Part shown: piece by piece, positions 35,293 through 48,590 of the stretch
Layout: every line of letters starts with the position of its first letter
Numbering within the stretch: the stretch's first letter is position 1
Assembly: GCA_013265495.1 (NCBI GenBank)
Contig: MU058636.1
Location: 9,232,239-9,296,238, forward strand
DNA length: 64,000 nt
DNA from: Vicugna vicugna
Taxonomy: Eukaryota
Direction of reading: 5' to 3'
Translations under genes and position numbers: made by a program
The notes under the pieces: generated by a model
The model's input: only the letters and a program-made list of their open reading frames with translations
What the model was told of the DNA's origin: nothing
Database searches by the model: none

Positions 35293-38200
35293 TACCTCTG
35301 GCTTTTGTTGACAGTCATGACTGGGAACCTCCCTGCAGATACACGTAACATTTTCTCTACAAATTATTGCTTTGTCTTGACTGTACATTTCAACTGGTTA
35401 GTATATGGTACTAATAAGGCCAAGATCAATCAGCCTGTCACAGTACAAAGTCACAAATTACATTCTTAGCCACAACCAGTCATCTCAGGAAAGTGAATCT
35501 GAATAATCCTACTGCTGGGAAATCAATCTGAAGCCCATTTTCTCCTAAGCAGGGGTCTGTAAGTGCCATGTTTATAAATTAAGAGCAAAATATTGTTATG
35601 ATACTCTTTCAATTACTTTCCTGTAATTGACTATTAACATTGGTAACTAATTTTTTTTTCCTCTTTGCTTGACTCACAGGATAATGAACAGCTCTTCATT
35701 TATGTCACCACAGATACTTAATTTTTATAATGAATTAGGTTTTCAAGAATCCGAATCTGTTTACTTTGTGTGTCTTTAGAAAGAATATTTCCTTCCTCTA
35801 CTTTTCAATTACTTTCCAGAGAGATTTCACCTGGATCCTCACAGAAGAACAACAGGAGGCATACCTATCTGTATTTAGAGCTTTTGGTTTGATATTTTGA
35901 AGTCCAGCATATGTTCACAAAAGACACTGGGCAGCTGCATTCACAGCACAGCTTTTCTTGGAATGCTGCCAGTGGAGAGGTTGCAGTAAATTATTGTTTG
36001 AAACCAGAAAGGCCCAAGTCAAATTGTAACTTCCTAACTGATTGTCTGATTCTTTTAATTTGGAAAGTCAAATTAATATTTAGAAAGGAGGACACCCTGA
36101 GGACTGACTTAAAACAGACCGCGTAAGGAGTGATTACCTAACACTCCCCTTTCAAGTTGCTTAAAGGGAATCCCATGCCAATTCTGTGTGTCTTGCCTTC
36201 TTAGTTTCTGCACTGGTTTATTACTTAATGAAAAATAAAGAAGAGAACAGTACATTAGTGGTTGTGGTCCCTGCTATCAAAGCATTGCTGTGACATGGTT
36301 CTAGAATGGTAAGTGTTCTCCTTAAAAACAAAAGCAGATAACAACAACAAACTCAAATAGAAAAGGCTAATTCTGCTGATTTCAGAGCCACACAGTCTGA
36401 TGCTATTATGATGAAACAGATCAAAACTCATACCAGGGTGCAGGCTCACAAAACAGCACCCCGCCCTTACGCTCTCACTCTATCGTACCTCCCCTCTGTG
36501 ACTCCTCTACTGCTTTCCTGGGCATTCTCAGCTCTTGCCTTCAGAAGCTCTTCTTTATTTGGGGCTTGGGGGTTAGTGGTGAGGCACCAGCTGTCTCATT
36601 ACCAGAGTGGTAAAAGATTTACTGCATCGAACTAACAATATCACAGGTTTTCTCTAAGCAAAGTCCCTTCTGGCTCCTCAGCAAGAAAGAAAACCACAAA
36701 GTTCGATGTGCCCCCCCGGCTGTAGCACGTCGTGAATCTGACCCTTCAAAATGGTAACTGAGGCATTTCTCCCCAGATTCCTCTGGGAGGGAAACGGCGT
36801 CTGTGTTGGAAAGCCTGAAGAAATGGATGGTTTGGTCGTGTTTAGCAAGTACCTGCTAGGATGCCAGGCATATTGGCAAGAGAGAGCCAATGGAATCCAA
36901 AACTCTTTGGGTTAAATTTGCAGTGCAGATCCAGGCAGATGATGGTTCTCTTTGGCTGTCACATCCTACCACTTCTTTCAGGCAAACCATCTCACCAACT
37001 TTGCTGCTCCAGCCCTAGAGGACCAGCCAAGCAAGCAGACAGAGCTGGCTGCAGCTGCAGCTGCAGCTCAGCTCTCAGCAGTCTTCGAGCTTTAAAACAC
37101 TTTTATTCCCCCTCTGTATGTGATCCTTTAAGACAATAACCTAAAAATGCATCAGTGGAAGAGATGGAATCCAGCCTTCAAGATCCTCCGTTAAGCCAAT
37201 GGTCTTTATTTTGACCCGAAGTTAGCATCCATGAAGAGTTAAGATTTGTTTTTGAATTTTGTGCAGCATAATTTCCAGCTGAAATCGACCGGTGATCAAA
37301 ATAGTTCGCTCACATGAGAAAGGAGAAGGATGTGCCTCAGTCCAAAATTCAAACAAAACTCTATTCCAAAAGAAAACGGCTGTAACTTTTCTTGAAGCGT
37401 GGTCAGTCCAGCCCGCAGTGCTGGCTGACGACTGTTAGTTGTTAGCAAGATTTCCGTAACAAGCAAATCCCGGCAGTACATTTCCTTTCCATCTCCTCTT
37501 GACCTTCTCTAATTTTCTTCCAAAAGAGGCCTTTTAAATGCATTAAAGTTCACACGCCCAAGTGAAACGTAATAGAGACAGGCCGAGCATCTATCCCTCT
37601 GCATAGCCTCTCTACCATTCTATTCCTCCAAATAAGGGTACCAATGAGGGGACATTTGATTAGCTACCAGGAAACACAACAGGAGCCCCAAGGAAGGTCA
37701 GGATCAAGTAGCCCTAATGTAATTACTAATGCACTTAATTAATTCAGGTACAAAGGCATTAAATATGTCAGCAAAGTCTGTTTGAAGTTGTTTTGCCTCT
37801 TGAAAGACACTAACGCGAAATGATTTTCTCAGGTGAATGAGACGGAGCCGTGTTGGCGGGTAGAGCACACCCAGCAGCTGCAGGTTTAATTAAACGTTTG
37901 CCTAACCATAGGAAAAGACAGCGATCTATCTCCATCGCATTTGGCAACTTCGCCATCCTCCAGTCATTCTTTAATTAGCATGCTGGTGAATTTAATAGAA
38001 AACGGCTTTAGCTCAGGAGCAGATGGCTCTTCTGACTGACAAGGGGAACGACAATTTCTGTCATGTTTACTTGGTGCGTAGCTGTCGAGTCAGAGAGATC
38101 CCGTCGCAGCACAGGTCTGATGAAATCAGGGGCTGGGTTTAATATCTGCTGAAAGCCACCAATTCTGAATCTTCTTCAGTTAAAAAAGTCTGATTCGTGA

Positions 38201-39231
38201 GCTTCTGGAGATGGTTTTCATTGGTCTCTCTGTCCAGCTCTCACATTTTGTCACAAGACTAGCCTTTCAGTTGTTTTGTATAAATGCATATGGTGTCTCT
38301 GAGGCAGATAGAAATGTCTCTAAAAATGCTAATTATCATCAGAGTTTTAAAGTTTAGGAAACACGAGCCCCGTCTACCTCCTAGCTGGCAACTGGCTTGA
38401 GAGAAGACAGTATCTTGCTTTGCATAGATATTGCTTTTGAAATGAAAGAAAAATGGTAAGAAAATCCTAAGGAATAAGAAAACTAAGACTGTTCACAAGT
38501 GTTGGTGTGCTTCGGTTCGTACGGGTCTATTTTTAGATCCTTCTTTCATATATAAAAGCTCTTCCTCTGGTTACTATGTGCCCACTTGTGGGATAACCAC
38601 GTTGCACCAAGGAAATTTTAAACAATGAATTTAGTTCTCTTTACATGATTAAGATGGACTGGGTCAAAAGTGGATAATTTATCTGTTTGGATTAAGAGCA
38701 TTATTTCTCCACTTCGCCATTTCTTCTCAGGTTTTCAAGTAGGAATTGCACACAAACTGGTCCCGACCAGTCACGTGCAGTGTGCACCGGTGGTAATACT
38801 AGGCATTTTATTTAAATTATCTCATTGGATTCTCCTAATAAGCACGTAAGCCTGTAACCCTTTATTACAAATGAAGAGATGGCCTGAAGAGGGGACATGG
38901 ACGGCTGGGCTGGTGTGGATGTAGGTGTGCCGGACAGCAGTATCGCTCTCTCTTCCACGTGTTATACTGTATAGAGACTGTTCCTTGCTCGTGTGTGGAG
39001 AACACATGTATCACATCTAACCATGTGCCAGACAGGTGCTGGGGACCCAAAGACATGTGGCCTGTTGCCCAGGAGCTGTCATCTCAAGAGGTAGAGAGAC
39101 ATACAGCCATAAGCACAGTAAGCATGGGGAGAAATACACCAAAAATGCAGGCAGCTGCTTTGTGAGCCCAGAGGTGTGAGCAGGAAGTTTCTCCGGGGTT
39201 CATGCACAAGGCATTGAATTTGGTCTCTTTT

Positions 39232-39657
39232 TCATGCCCAGCTGTATTGAGGTACAATTGACAAATTAAAATTGTGCATGTTTATGGTACACAATGTGAT
39301 GTTTTGGTATACGTATATATTGTGAAATGATACCACAATCAAGCTAATTAACATTTCCATTACATCACATAGTTAACATTCCTGTGTGTGCGTGCACGCG
39401 CGCATGTGTGTGTGTGTGTGAGAGTGTGTGTGTTTGTGGTGAGAATACTTAAGCTCTACTCTCTTAGCAAATTAAAAGCATACAGTACAGTATTACTAAC
39501 TAAAATCACCAAGGTGTGCATTAGGTCTACAGAATTACCCTGTGCAACTAAACTCTGTACCCCTGGGCCATCACCTCCCCACTTACCTCATCCCGGCCCC
39601 TGTCAACTACCTTTCTACTCTCTGCATCCATGAATTCAATTTTTTGAGATTCCACAT
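39232..39657 (-). mobile_element. L1MA-like 3' end containing a (TG/CG)n microsatellite
   Basis: TATTGAGGTACAATTGACAAAT..ACCACAATCAAGCTAATTAACAT..GTGAGAATACTTAAG..GAGATTCCACAT. Confidence 0.8.
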
Positions 39658-40519
39658 CATTAATAATAAGAAACTTTCTATCATTCCTCTTTCTCCGTGA
39701 ATTTGGAATTCCATTTCACTTCCTTTACAGACTTGTATCCTATTTTATTTTATTTTTATGCTTGAAAGTGTTTTAGTGATTATCATATCATAATAAAAAT
39801 AAGTAGATATATTTAAATTTATTTTTTAAAAGTTTCTGTGACTTTAAGGCTTAAGAATTTTTTTCTTCCTAGATTAAGTTGTCATTATAATCATTACATT
39901 AAAATTAACCAAAATGGCATAAATGCATTACATATATTTTGTTAGACAATTATTAACAAAGAAAATTAAAATAGAAAATAAAATTTTGTTAGAATTACAT
40001 CTTAATAAGATATTGAGAGATTTGAAATACTTATTTCATATATATCCACCTACATATATTCATGTATATTTATCAGCTAACATGAGACAGGAATCAGCAT
40101 TGATTTTATTCCTAGTTAGCATTTTCATAGATCAAATTTCAAAGATAACCCGTTCACATAAATGAATGGATGGGAATAAAAGGAGTTTTGTTGTGGGAAC
40201 GTCAGTCACCTCTTTGAACTCCTCCTCAGTCATACGCTAAAAATCACATAGTGATCCGTCATCAGGATGATTTTTAATCGTCTTTCATCTGACAACTGGA
40301 TTCTGCCCTCTTTCATTTTCGCTGAAAGCAGCACATTAGAGCCAGCCCGACTTGTGAAAGTGTTTGTTACGTACCTTCTCAACACCAATGCCAACGCATG
40401 GAGATTCTTCTCCATCTGTGGCCGCCGTGCTTTCACGCTGCCGCTCCTCCACAGCCCCAGAGAACGGGCTGTAGGAAGATCTGACAAGGACAAGCGCAGG
40501 GTGGGCGTGCTGGGTATCA

Positions 40520-40653
40520 GCCCCCAGCTCGGAAGGGCCCTACATTTGGTTTAATGCTCTGCTCTCATCGTCTTGAGATTCTTAATAATTCTGAAACAAG
40601 TGGCCCCGCATGTTCATTTGCACTGGGCTCCATGAATTATGTCACTGGTCCTG
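40520..40653 (+). mobile_element. MER91-like hAT-Tip100 DNA transposon
   Basis: GAAGGGCCC..TTGGTTTAATGCTCTGCT..GTCTTGAGATTCTTAATAATT..TTGCACTGGGC..GGTCCTG. Confidence 0.75.
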
Positions 40654-43163
40654 GGTGAGACCCAGGACTTTTCTTTCGTAGTATGAGAAGAGCACCATAA
40701 AAGGGGCGGGGGGAACAGGTAGAACCCCACGTAAAACAGTTTTAGAAAAGAGTTTGTGAGACACTTATGGATCTGGGGGTAGATTTCCTTAACACCCTTT
40801 GGACAATCTCACACCCTCCCAGGTGCACGCGGCCCGGGTTGAAGACCCCTGCTCTCAGCTTCCAGCAGGCCCCTGGCAGGGCTGCTGGGCTGGCTGGATT
40901 TTTACCACTCCACTCCTGAAAATGATGCACACCATTCCTCACTGGCCTCCCCCACTGTCAGCAGTACACATTTCACCGTGAACAAATTGTTACTAATATC
41001 TTTTATGCTACTCAGTAGACCCTCTAGTGTATATTTTGGTTAAGGATATGTGAAGCGAGTAACCACCTCTTAAAATGGAATGTAGAGTCTTGATTGGAGA
41101 GTCTCCAATGCTCCTTAATTATTCTGTACATTAGGATTATTTGGTACCCAGTCATCTCACTGGTTTTATACTGAAATATTTTTAATTGCCACACAGACAA
41201 TATTAGAGCAACCAACAGATGCCTGCCGTATCAAGCTCAGGCTTTCTGACTCCAAATCTAGTGCTATTTTTTGAACACAATGCTTGTGATCCAGACAGAA
41301 CACAGCTCCCAGGAGAGTGTGGGGAAGAAGGGCTGCGTCAGCCTCAGAGCTGGACTACGATGGACAGGTGGGGTGGGAAGGGCAGCGATGAGGCTGGCAG
41401 GGTTTCTAAGTTTCCTGCAGAGGGAGGGGCTGTCTTATATCAGGACGAATTGTTCTGCTCCAATCACCAGGTTCTTCTTTTATAATGCATTACAGGAGGA
41501 AAAAATATCTGATTTATTACTCTCTCCTTAGTGTGCCTTATTTATCTGATTTATTTTCTTTTTAACCTAAGAAACCTATGTACTATGCAAAACCTGTGTG
41601 CCTGTGGAGATGGAGAAGGACCAAAACCCAACCTGGTGTAATGTACGGACATGTTAGGGGCAGGTGGGGGTGGGTAGGAGGGAACTGAATTAAATCGGTA
41701 AGTCTTTTGGAAATCAGCCTGTTCTATCTTTGCACTCCCAGCCCCTCACACATGTTTATTTATAGGTATAACTTCAGAATATTGGAAAACAAACAAGAGA
41801 TGTAGAACATCTCCTGTCTTAAAACAGGACAGCATAACCACGGGAGATTTTAGGTTGACTCTGACATAGACACGGGAAGGGGAAAGGTGGCAGGTGGGCT
41901 GCTCCATGCCATGGGCATTTCAGGACACAGGAACCAGGTGGAGTTTATCTCGCTCCATCACTCAGGCCATCACAGCGGCCACAATTGTGGGCATTGAGCC
42001 TATTTCAGCTTTGATCTCTTGCTGCCCAGTGGGCTGTCATGAAGCCCCCGTGCCTCACAGACGAAGCTTCACTTCCAATGGGTGACATGCTCTGAGGCGT
42101 GCAGAGAATGCTCCCTTTGTTCTCCTCTAGGTTTTTTCATTAGCACCTGCCAGGGTCTGTGCCTCTCCCCGCACCTGCTGAGTTAGCAAGCTTGCAGTGC
42201 AAGCCACATCGGCCGAGGGGACTGCCCTGACGGGGGGTGATGGGGGGGTTCAGATGCACCGCAGCCTTTCCCCGGCGCCCTGGCAAGGACCGATTTTGAG
42301 AACTGGCCGTGCCTACTCTCTCCTCAGAGAGGAGAAATACGTGGAAAAATAAAATCCTGAAATGATTTGGTGTGTCTGGGAAATAAGTTTAGCAGCCTTT
42401 TTATTAAGAACATGCTAAAATTAGCCTTAAACACATGCAAGTGTGTGTTATCAGGAAATTGAGGCTATTTAAACTAGGTCCTGGAGTCAAGATTGTGGAG
42501 AATCAATAAGTGTTTTCAAACGGTTACAAGTGAAGTTCTGTTTCAGTGTGACATTGTCTGAGCTTAGATCCAGAATGGGCTATCCGTAGAATAAAGTGAT
42601 AATTGCCTAATAATTCCTAGAAAGCAAGTCTACCCTCGGATCGTAATTGCTAAAACGCGAGGGCTGAGTGCTGTACTGATAACAGTCTAGAAACTAACTA
42701 TAAATTATAGCCTCACTTAAAAGGCAAAAGAATTCTGATCGTGGAGATTAGAATCAAAACTTCCCCTGCAGTCCCTCCCAGTCTCTCTGGTTCTTACCCT
42801 TTCTGTACCAGCCCCATCACTTCCTCCATCTCTTTCTCACTGCCTCACCCCCACACACGTGAGTCACCATGATAAAAGGAGAATGGGGGTATTGACTTCT
42901 CCAGGGACTGTTCCAGGGGAAGGTCCTGGGGGAAGGGAGGCAGCAAGGTACAGATTTTAACTGGGGCAGGGGATGCTTCTGAACACAAGGCCTCCCAGTG
43001 ATGAGTCTCTACAGCAGAAAATCTGAGGCCCTTTCACAATAAAAACTCAGTTCTGGCCACAGTTCTAGCCCTGGGACCACCACTGCAGACCATCCAAAGG
43101 GCAAGATCATTGTTCAGCAACAGGGCAATCATGGTAGTCATTCTTATAGCTAAATAAAATGCA

Positions 43164-43273
43164 TTCTTCCCTCCTTCCCTCCTTCCCACCTCTTTCCTTT
43201 CCTTTCCTTTCCTTTCCTTTCCTTTCCTTTCCTTTCCTTTCCTTTTCTTTTCTTTTCTTTTCTATCTTTTTTT
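43164..43273. repeat. Polypyrimidine tract: CCCT/CCTT units, (CCTTT)n, then (CTTTT)n
   Basis: Directly visible. Confidence 0.95.
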
Positions 43274-44259
43274 TAAATAAGCATTTTCAGTGCCAAGAGA
43301 TGACCAGGATTCTAGAAATGCAAGACTGAGGAGGACACAGTTCCAGCAAACAGACGCGAGGTGAGAATTTATAGTTAGTTTCTAGAGTGTTACCAGTACA
43401 GCGTTCAGCCCTCACATTTTAGCAATTAGGACTTTATCCTGAAAAATGATCCACAAAAATGGAAAATATATATGTATTTCTGATAGTTAGCAAACATCTA
43501 TTAAAAATTGCCTCTGTACACTAGTTCACATGATGAAAAGTAATAAAACAAGGGTTCATTTAGAAAGTGGTATAAAAATTCTCCTTCGCATTAAATGATG
43601 ACCCTGTATGTCTCTCATTTCATGTTTGACCTTCTCCTCTTGGCTATTGGGTGGGTCAGTTTGCAAAAATATTAGAGGGTTTGTCAATTTTTTTCAAGAG
43701 CGTTTCTTAATCTTCTGGTGTAGAAGGCATTCTCTTTTAAGATCTCACTGATCTGTTCACACAGGAAATAAACTGCAACACACCTGGATGCCCCGCCAGT
43801 GTAGAAGCAGGCTTGAAATTAATTCTCGAGTTTTCAGCCAAGAACTTTACTGCCTCTTCTGTCTCACCTCACGTCTGCAAGTCCTGAGAGTTTCAGAGGT
43901 CTGATGAGAGTAACTCAGATTCTTCCAGTCTTTGAGTTTTTCTGTTTCTAAGTCACTATCACGCCTTCCTGGCCTTTCTTCCAAAAATGCATTGGTAGTT
44001 TACATTCTTTCCTTCGCCTTTGTTTAAATGCAATCTTGTGAAGGCTTCAAGAACGTCACAGAAGCAGGTCTATTATATTGAATCAGGAGCCTGTGCAGAT
44101 CTGGATCTTGACGAGATCCCTCTTGAAGCCGCGGGAAGTAGAAATAGGCAGGCAGAGCCGAGGCAGAGGAGCAGCTGGGAGGCTGTCCCTTCTCCCATTC
44201 ACAGTGAGCTTCCAGAGAGTAGTCTGTGTTTATTGCCTCCACATTTCCCCTTGTGGGCG

Positions 44260-45990
44260 TTCTCTGATCCACTTCAATCTGGCTTCTGCCACCATCACTC
44301 CAAGTGAATCTGCCTTTGCCAGTTTCACCAGGAATTTCCTGGTGGCTAAATCTAGTAGACACCCAGTCGTCATGCTCTTGATTTGGTTCATTGCGACCTT
44401 TTCTTTAAAGTCTTTCCTCTTTTGGTTTCTGTGCTTTCTCTCCAGGGTTTTCTGATTGCTGGGGCTTTATCTTTCACACCCCATCCCCATCTCCTTTTTG
44501 TGCATCATTAAATGTTGACGTGATCCAATGTTCTATCATTAGCCATCTGTTATACTCTCTATTCTCCTGTGATTCCAAATTTCATTTCAGTCTACTCACC
44601 TCTCCTGAGGACCAGATTCTTGTGTCCATATAACTAATAAGGCATTTTCATTTTGATTTTCCACAGGCACTTCAAACTCAGTATGTTCAAAATGAAAGCT
44701 CTATTCTTTCCGCTAATCTTTTTCTCCTTCTTTGTTCTCCATCTTCAGGAATGGTGCCACCATCCCCTTGGTTGCTAAGGGAAGAATATGAATCAAATCT
44801 TTAGTGCTTTCCTTTCCTTCACATCTCACTGCTAATCAGTCACTAAATGTTGCTTTGTCCTGCCTAAATCGCTCAACATTGTTCCCTCTTAAACCCTAAA
44901 GCCAAGACCTTAAGGCAGGTCTTTATCACGTCTCTACTTAATCACTGCGACAGCCACTTAATCTAACTGTCTCGTTCTGTCTCCTCATCAGTCATTTCTC
45001 CATCACTCAACACCATTACATTTTTTGTTATGTTAGTCTGATCACATCAGCCCTCCCTTTTATTAGTTATCTCTTGCTGCGTGACAAATCATCCTAAAAC
45101 ATAGCGGCTTAAAACAATACCAAACATTTTTAACCTCATTGTTTCTGTGGGTTAGGAATTCAGGCATGGCTTAGCTGGAGGTTTCTCTTTCAAGGTCTTT
45201 CAAGAGATGGCAATCAAGATATTGGCTTGATTGGGGCTGGCAGATCTGCCTCCAGGGTGGCTCTCTCCAGTGGCTGGCTAGGTGATGTTGGCAGGAGGCT
45301 CCAGCTCCTCCCTGCATGGCCCTTCCCACAGGCTGCTTGAGCATCCTCACAGCATGGCTACTGACTCCCCCTACAGCAGTGATCCAGGGGAGAAAGAGTT
45401 CTGCGGAAGCTAACCACTTAGTGACCCAGCCTCAGGAGTCACTAGCATCATTTTGTGCCATGTTCTATTCATTAGAAGAGAAAGGAGGGAAAATTATGCT
45501 CTATCTTTTGGGGAGAGGACTATGAATTCAAAGGCACATTCTAAGACCATTGTATCTTATAAAGATCTCTCAATACCCCTTATGATACTCATACCACCTT
45601 CTTCATATCTTATCCTTCAGGTCTGCTGAGCTACTCACAGCTGTAAAGAACCACTGTGATTTCTCTATGGTTGGACCTGTGTCCACGCCATTCCTCTTGC
45701 TCATAATATGCTTCTTAACTTCTTTGCCTCGATAATGTCTACTTAGCCTTCAAACTCCTACTCAGACACCAACATCACCAAAGCCTGCCTCTTGGCTCTG
45801 CACCCCTACGACTTCCCGTCTACCAGTTAGACTCAAATACCATGCACGGGTTTGCCCCACCTTCCCTTTGTGTAACTCTTTCTCCACATCTGTAGGGTCA
45901 GCCTAGTGTCTGCAATCTCTGAATCCTCATTGCTTAGCACAGTTCCTGCCACATTTGTGGCAATACCTGGTAACTAAAAGGTTATGAAAT
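44260..45990 (+). mobile_element. L2 fragments split by an MLT1 LTR
   Basis: CAATCTGGCTTCTGCCACCATCACTCC, CAGGCACTTCAAACTCAGTATGTTCAAAA, TGCTTAGCACAGTTCCTG. Confidence 0.7.
45061..45553 (-). mobile_element. MaLR LTR (MLT1F/G-like)
   Basis: TATTAGTTATCT.TTGCTGCGTGACAAATCATCCTAAAAC.TAGCGGCTTAAAACAA, GGGTTAGGAATTCAGGCATGGCTTAGCTGG. Confidence 0.75.
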
Positions 45991-48170
45991 GAAGATGTGA
46001 ATCTATTACTATTAGTGCCCGATCCTCACAAAAGCTCAACAAATACACAAACAAAATAAAGTACTACACGCTTTAACCCAGTCAGCAGCAGTAGGTGTGA
46101 GAGAGAGGGAAGGGTTTGAGAAGGATGCAGTGACTGCCTGCAGCCAAGGGACACAGGGCAGACAGGATGACTTGAGAGTGTCTAATAGAGCGATTAGGTT
46201 AAGAGACAAGAAGAGTGAGGTACAGGGGAGAGAGGAGAGTGAGTTTGGTTCTGAAGATGCAGGTTTGGGGATCCTGTGGTTCTTCTAGAGACCTGCCTAG
46301 AAAAAAGGGTCCATAGCCAGGAGAAAGACTACACCAGCTCTAAATCTGAGGGATGCTATCTACACCTCCAGTGACTTCATTGTTCTGGATATGGAAGAAA
46401 TTATACAAAATAGGAAAAAATACTGTCAAGTAGGAAGAGAAGCAGAAGAGTTAAGGTACCTTCCCTAAGGTCCCAAGGGCAGAGGAAAAGCTGCCACTGC
46501 TTCCTGCCCATCAGTCTCTGACTGTCACTCACACCAGGTTTCTGGCCAACTCGAGGCACCATTCTCTTGAGTATCATTCACCAACTACTGTGAGTGAACC
46601 CCTGACTACTCCCTACTCCAATGTACGGTAATTTAGAGATTTTTAGAGTTTGCAATGGCTGTTCTGACTGCACTGAGCTCAATTCAATTTAATTCGTAAT
46701 TCTGAAGCACCAGTTAGAAGTGTTGATAGACCAATCCGTATATTGGTTTGCTTTGTATTCTAAGTGCATCCTAAGTGACATATTATTAATTTTAAAATTA
46801 AAATGTCATTTTTTGAACATTAAAAACATAAAACTGTTCCCCAGAAGTGATTGAAGTTAGTTGTCAGTGACACCCTCTTCAATCAGCGTAAGTAAGGAGG
46901 GAGAAATGGGCTTCAATGTATGCATGTTTGAAAATTAGTCTAATCCTGCCATCATTCCAAGAAAAATTTGAGTAATGTGCAAACAAATTTGGGGAGGAAA
47001 TCAGTGTTTAGGGTCATTCTTCTTTTTTTTTTTTTTCCCTCGGTCAATATATTTTTCTTCCCAAACCTTGTCTGTGTTTTAAACTTGGAATCCATTTGAG
47101 AAAGTTCTCAGATTCTGTTTTCCTTTGGAGAAATGGAAAGCGGAAGAGAGCCCAGGTGGGACCAGGCTTCTAACCATCTCCGCAGCCGTAAAAGAAGTCG
47201 CCGCGAAGCCAGAGGGAGACGTGGCAAAGCACCTTTGGTCATTTTGGTGGCGATTTCACTCTTCCGAAGGCTGGGACAAGAAGCGGCAATGAGTAGATCG
47301 TGTCGCTTCCGGTGAGTGCGTACATTTGTCCCCTCTCTCTTCACTTGGGGCATTTCAGTGACACAAGGGCTCTGGGCCAACAGGAGTGTGTCCGTGTAGG
47401 CCTGTCTGTGCCTGGCGGGAGGGGCGGCGCGGCGGTGCCTCTGCCCGTGAGTTAGAGATGCTCATAAAAACGCAGCGCCATCCTCAGAGCTCCCACCTCT
47501 TAGTCGTGAAACAAAAACATCTGCCAAAAGAGGCTTGTTTTAACTTGTTAATGACACCACCCATAGACAGACAGAGGACAACGCCATCATTTCAGGGGAC
47601 AGTTCTACAGAGCAGGGCATTCAGAATACTGCACGCTGCCTCTGGTCGCTAATAAGAGATACTGCGCATCAGGTGCCATCGGGGAACTGGGCTCTCTGAG
47701 CGCAGGGAGGTTCTGCCCCTGTTAGCACAGAGGCGCAGCCCCACAGCAGTGCCCGCTGCCCAGTAATTCCTGGACATGGCTCGTTGCTGGGCAGATTACT
47801 GTATTTTTCTCATAGCTCTAAGAAGATGAAGTAGCTTACTAGGTACTGTTTTGCCAATTACATTCATAGATGCAACCTCTGGTGCTCAGGGGACTGGGAT
47901 ACGTTTGGAGAACAAACTCACTAAAGAACATGACCCGTCACTGCACCGAATCCCTGAGTTCCTTTTGAGAAGGTGCATCTAGATTTGGGATATCCAGGTA
48001 AGTTCCATCTCGTCTTGCAGACCTCAGCCAACCTAGCAACCCAACACAGGGTGCCCTGGGGGCGATGAGGGATGCCCTGCTGGGTGGAGACATTCGGCCC
48101 TGTTGTAGCTTCCTCTTGCTGGGACCATCCCTTGGAGGGGATGTTAGCTATGGACATGACATTGAGCACT

Positions 48171-48590
48171 AGTGTGGGCTGAATTCCTACCACCCACCCC
48201 GAACCCCCACTGGATTTGTATGCTGAAGCTCTAACCCCTAGTGCCTCAGAATATGATTATGTTTGGAGATAGAGCTTTTAAAGAGGTGCTTAATTTAAAT
48301 GAGGTCATTAGGGTGGACCTTAATCCAATATGATTGGTGTTCTTATAAGAAGAGGAGATTAGGACCCAGACCTAATTAAGATACAGAGGGAAGGCCATGG
48401 AGGACACAGGTTGAAGAAGACAAGCCAAGGAGGGAGGCCTCAGAGGAAACCAGCCCTGCCAACCCCTCCATCTTGGACTCCAGAACTTGATCTTGGACTT
48501 CTGGCCTCCAGAACTATGAGAAAATAAGTTTCTGTTATTCAGCCACCCAGGCTTGGTACTTTGTTATGGAAGCCCTAGAAAAGAAATGCA
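48171..48590 (+). mobile_element. MaLR LTR (MLT1B-like)
   Basis: TGTGGGCTGAATT, AAATGAGGTCATTAGGGTGG.CCTTAATCCAATATGA, GAGGCCTCAGAGGAAACCAGCCCTGCC. Confidence 0.85.
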
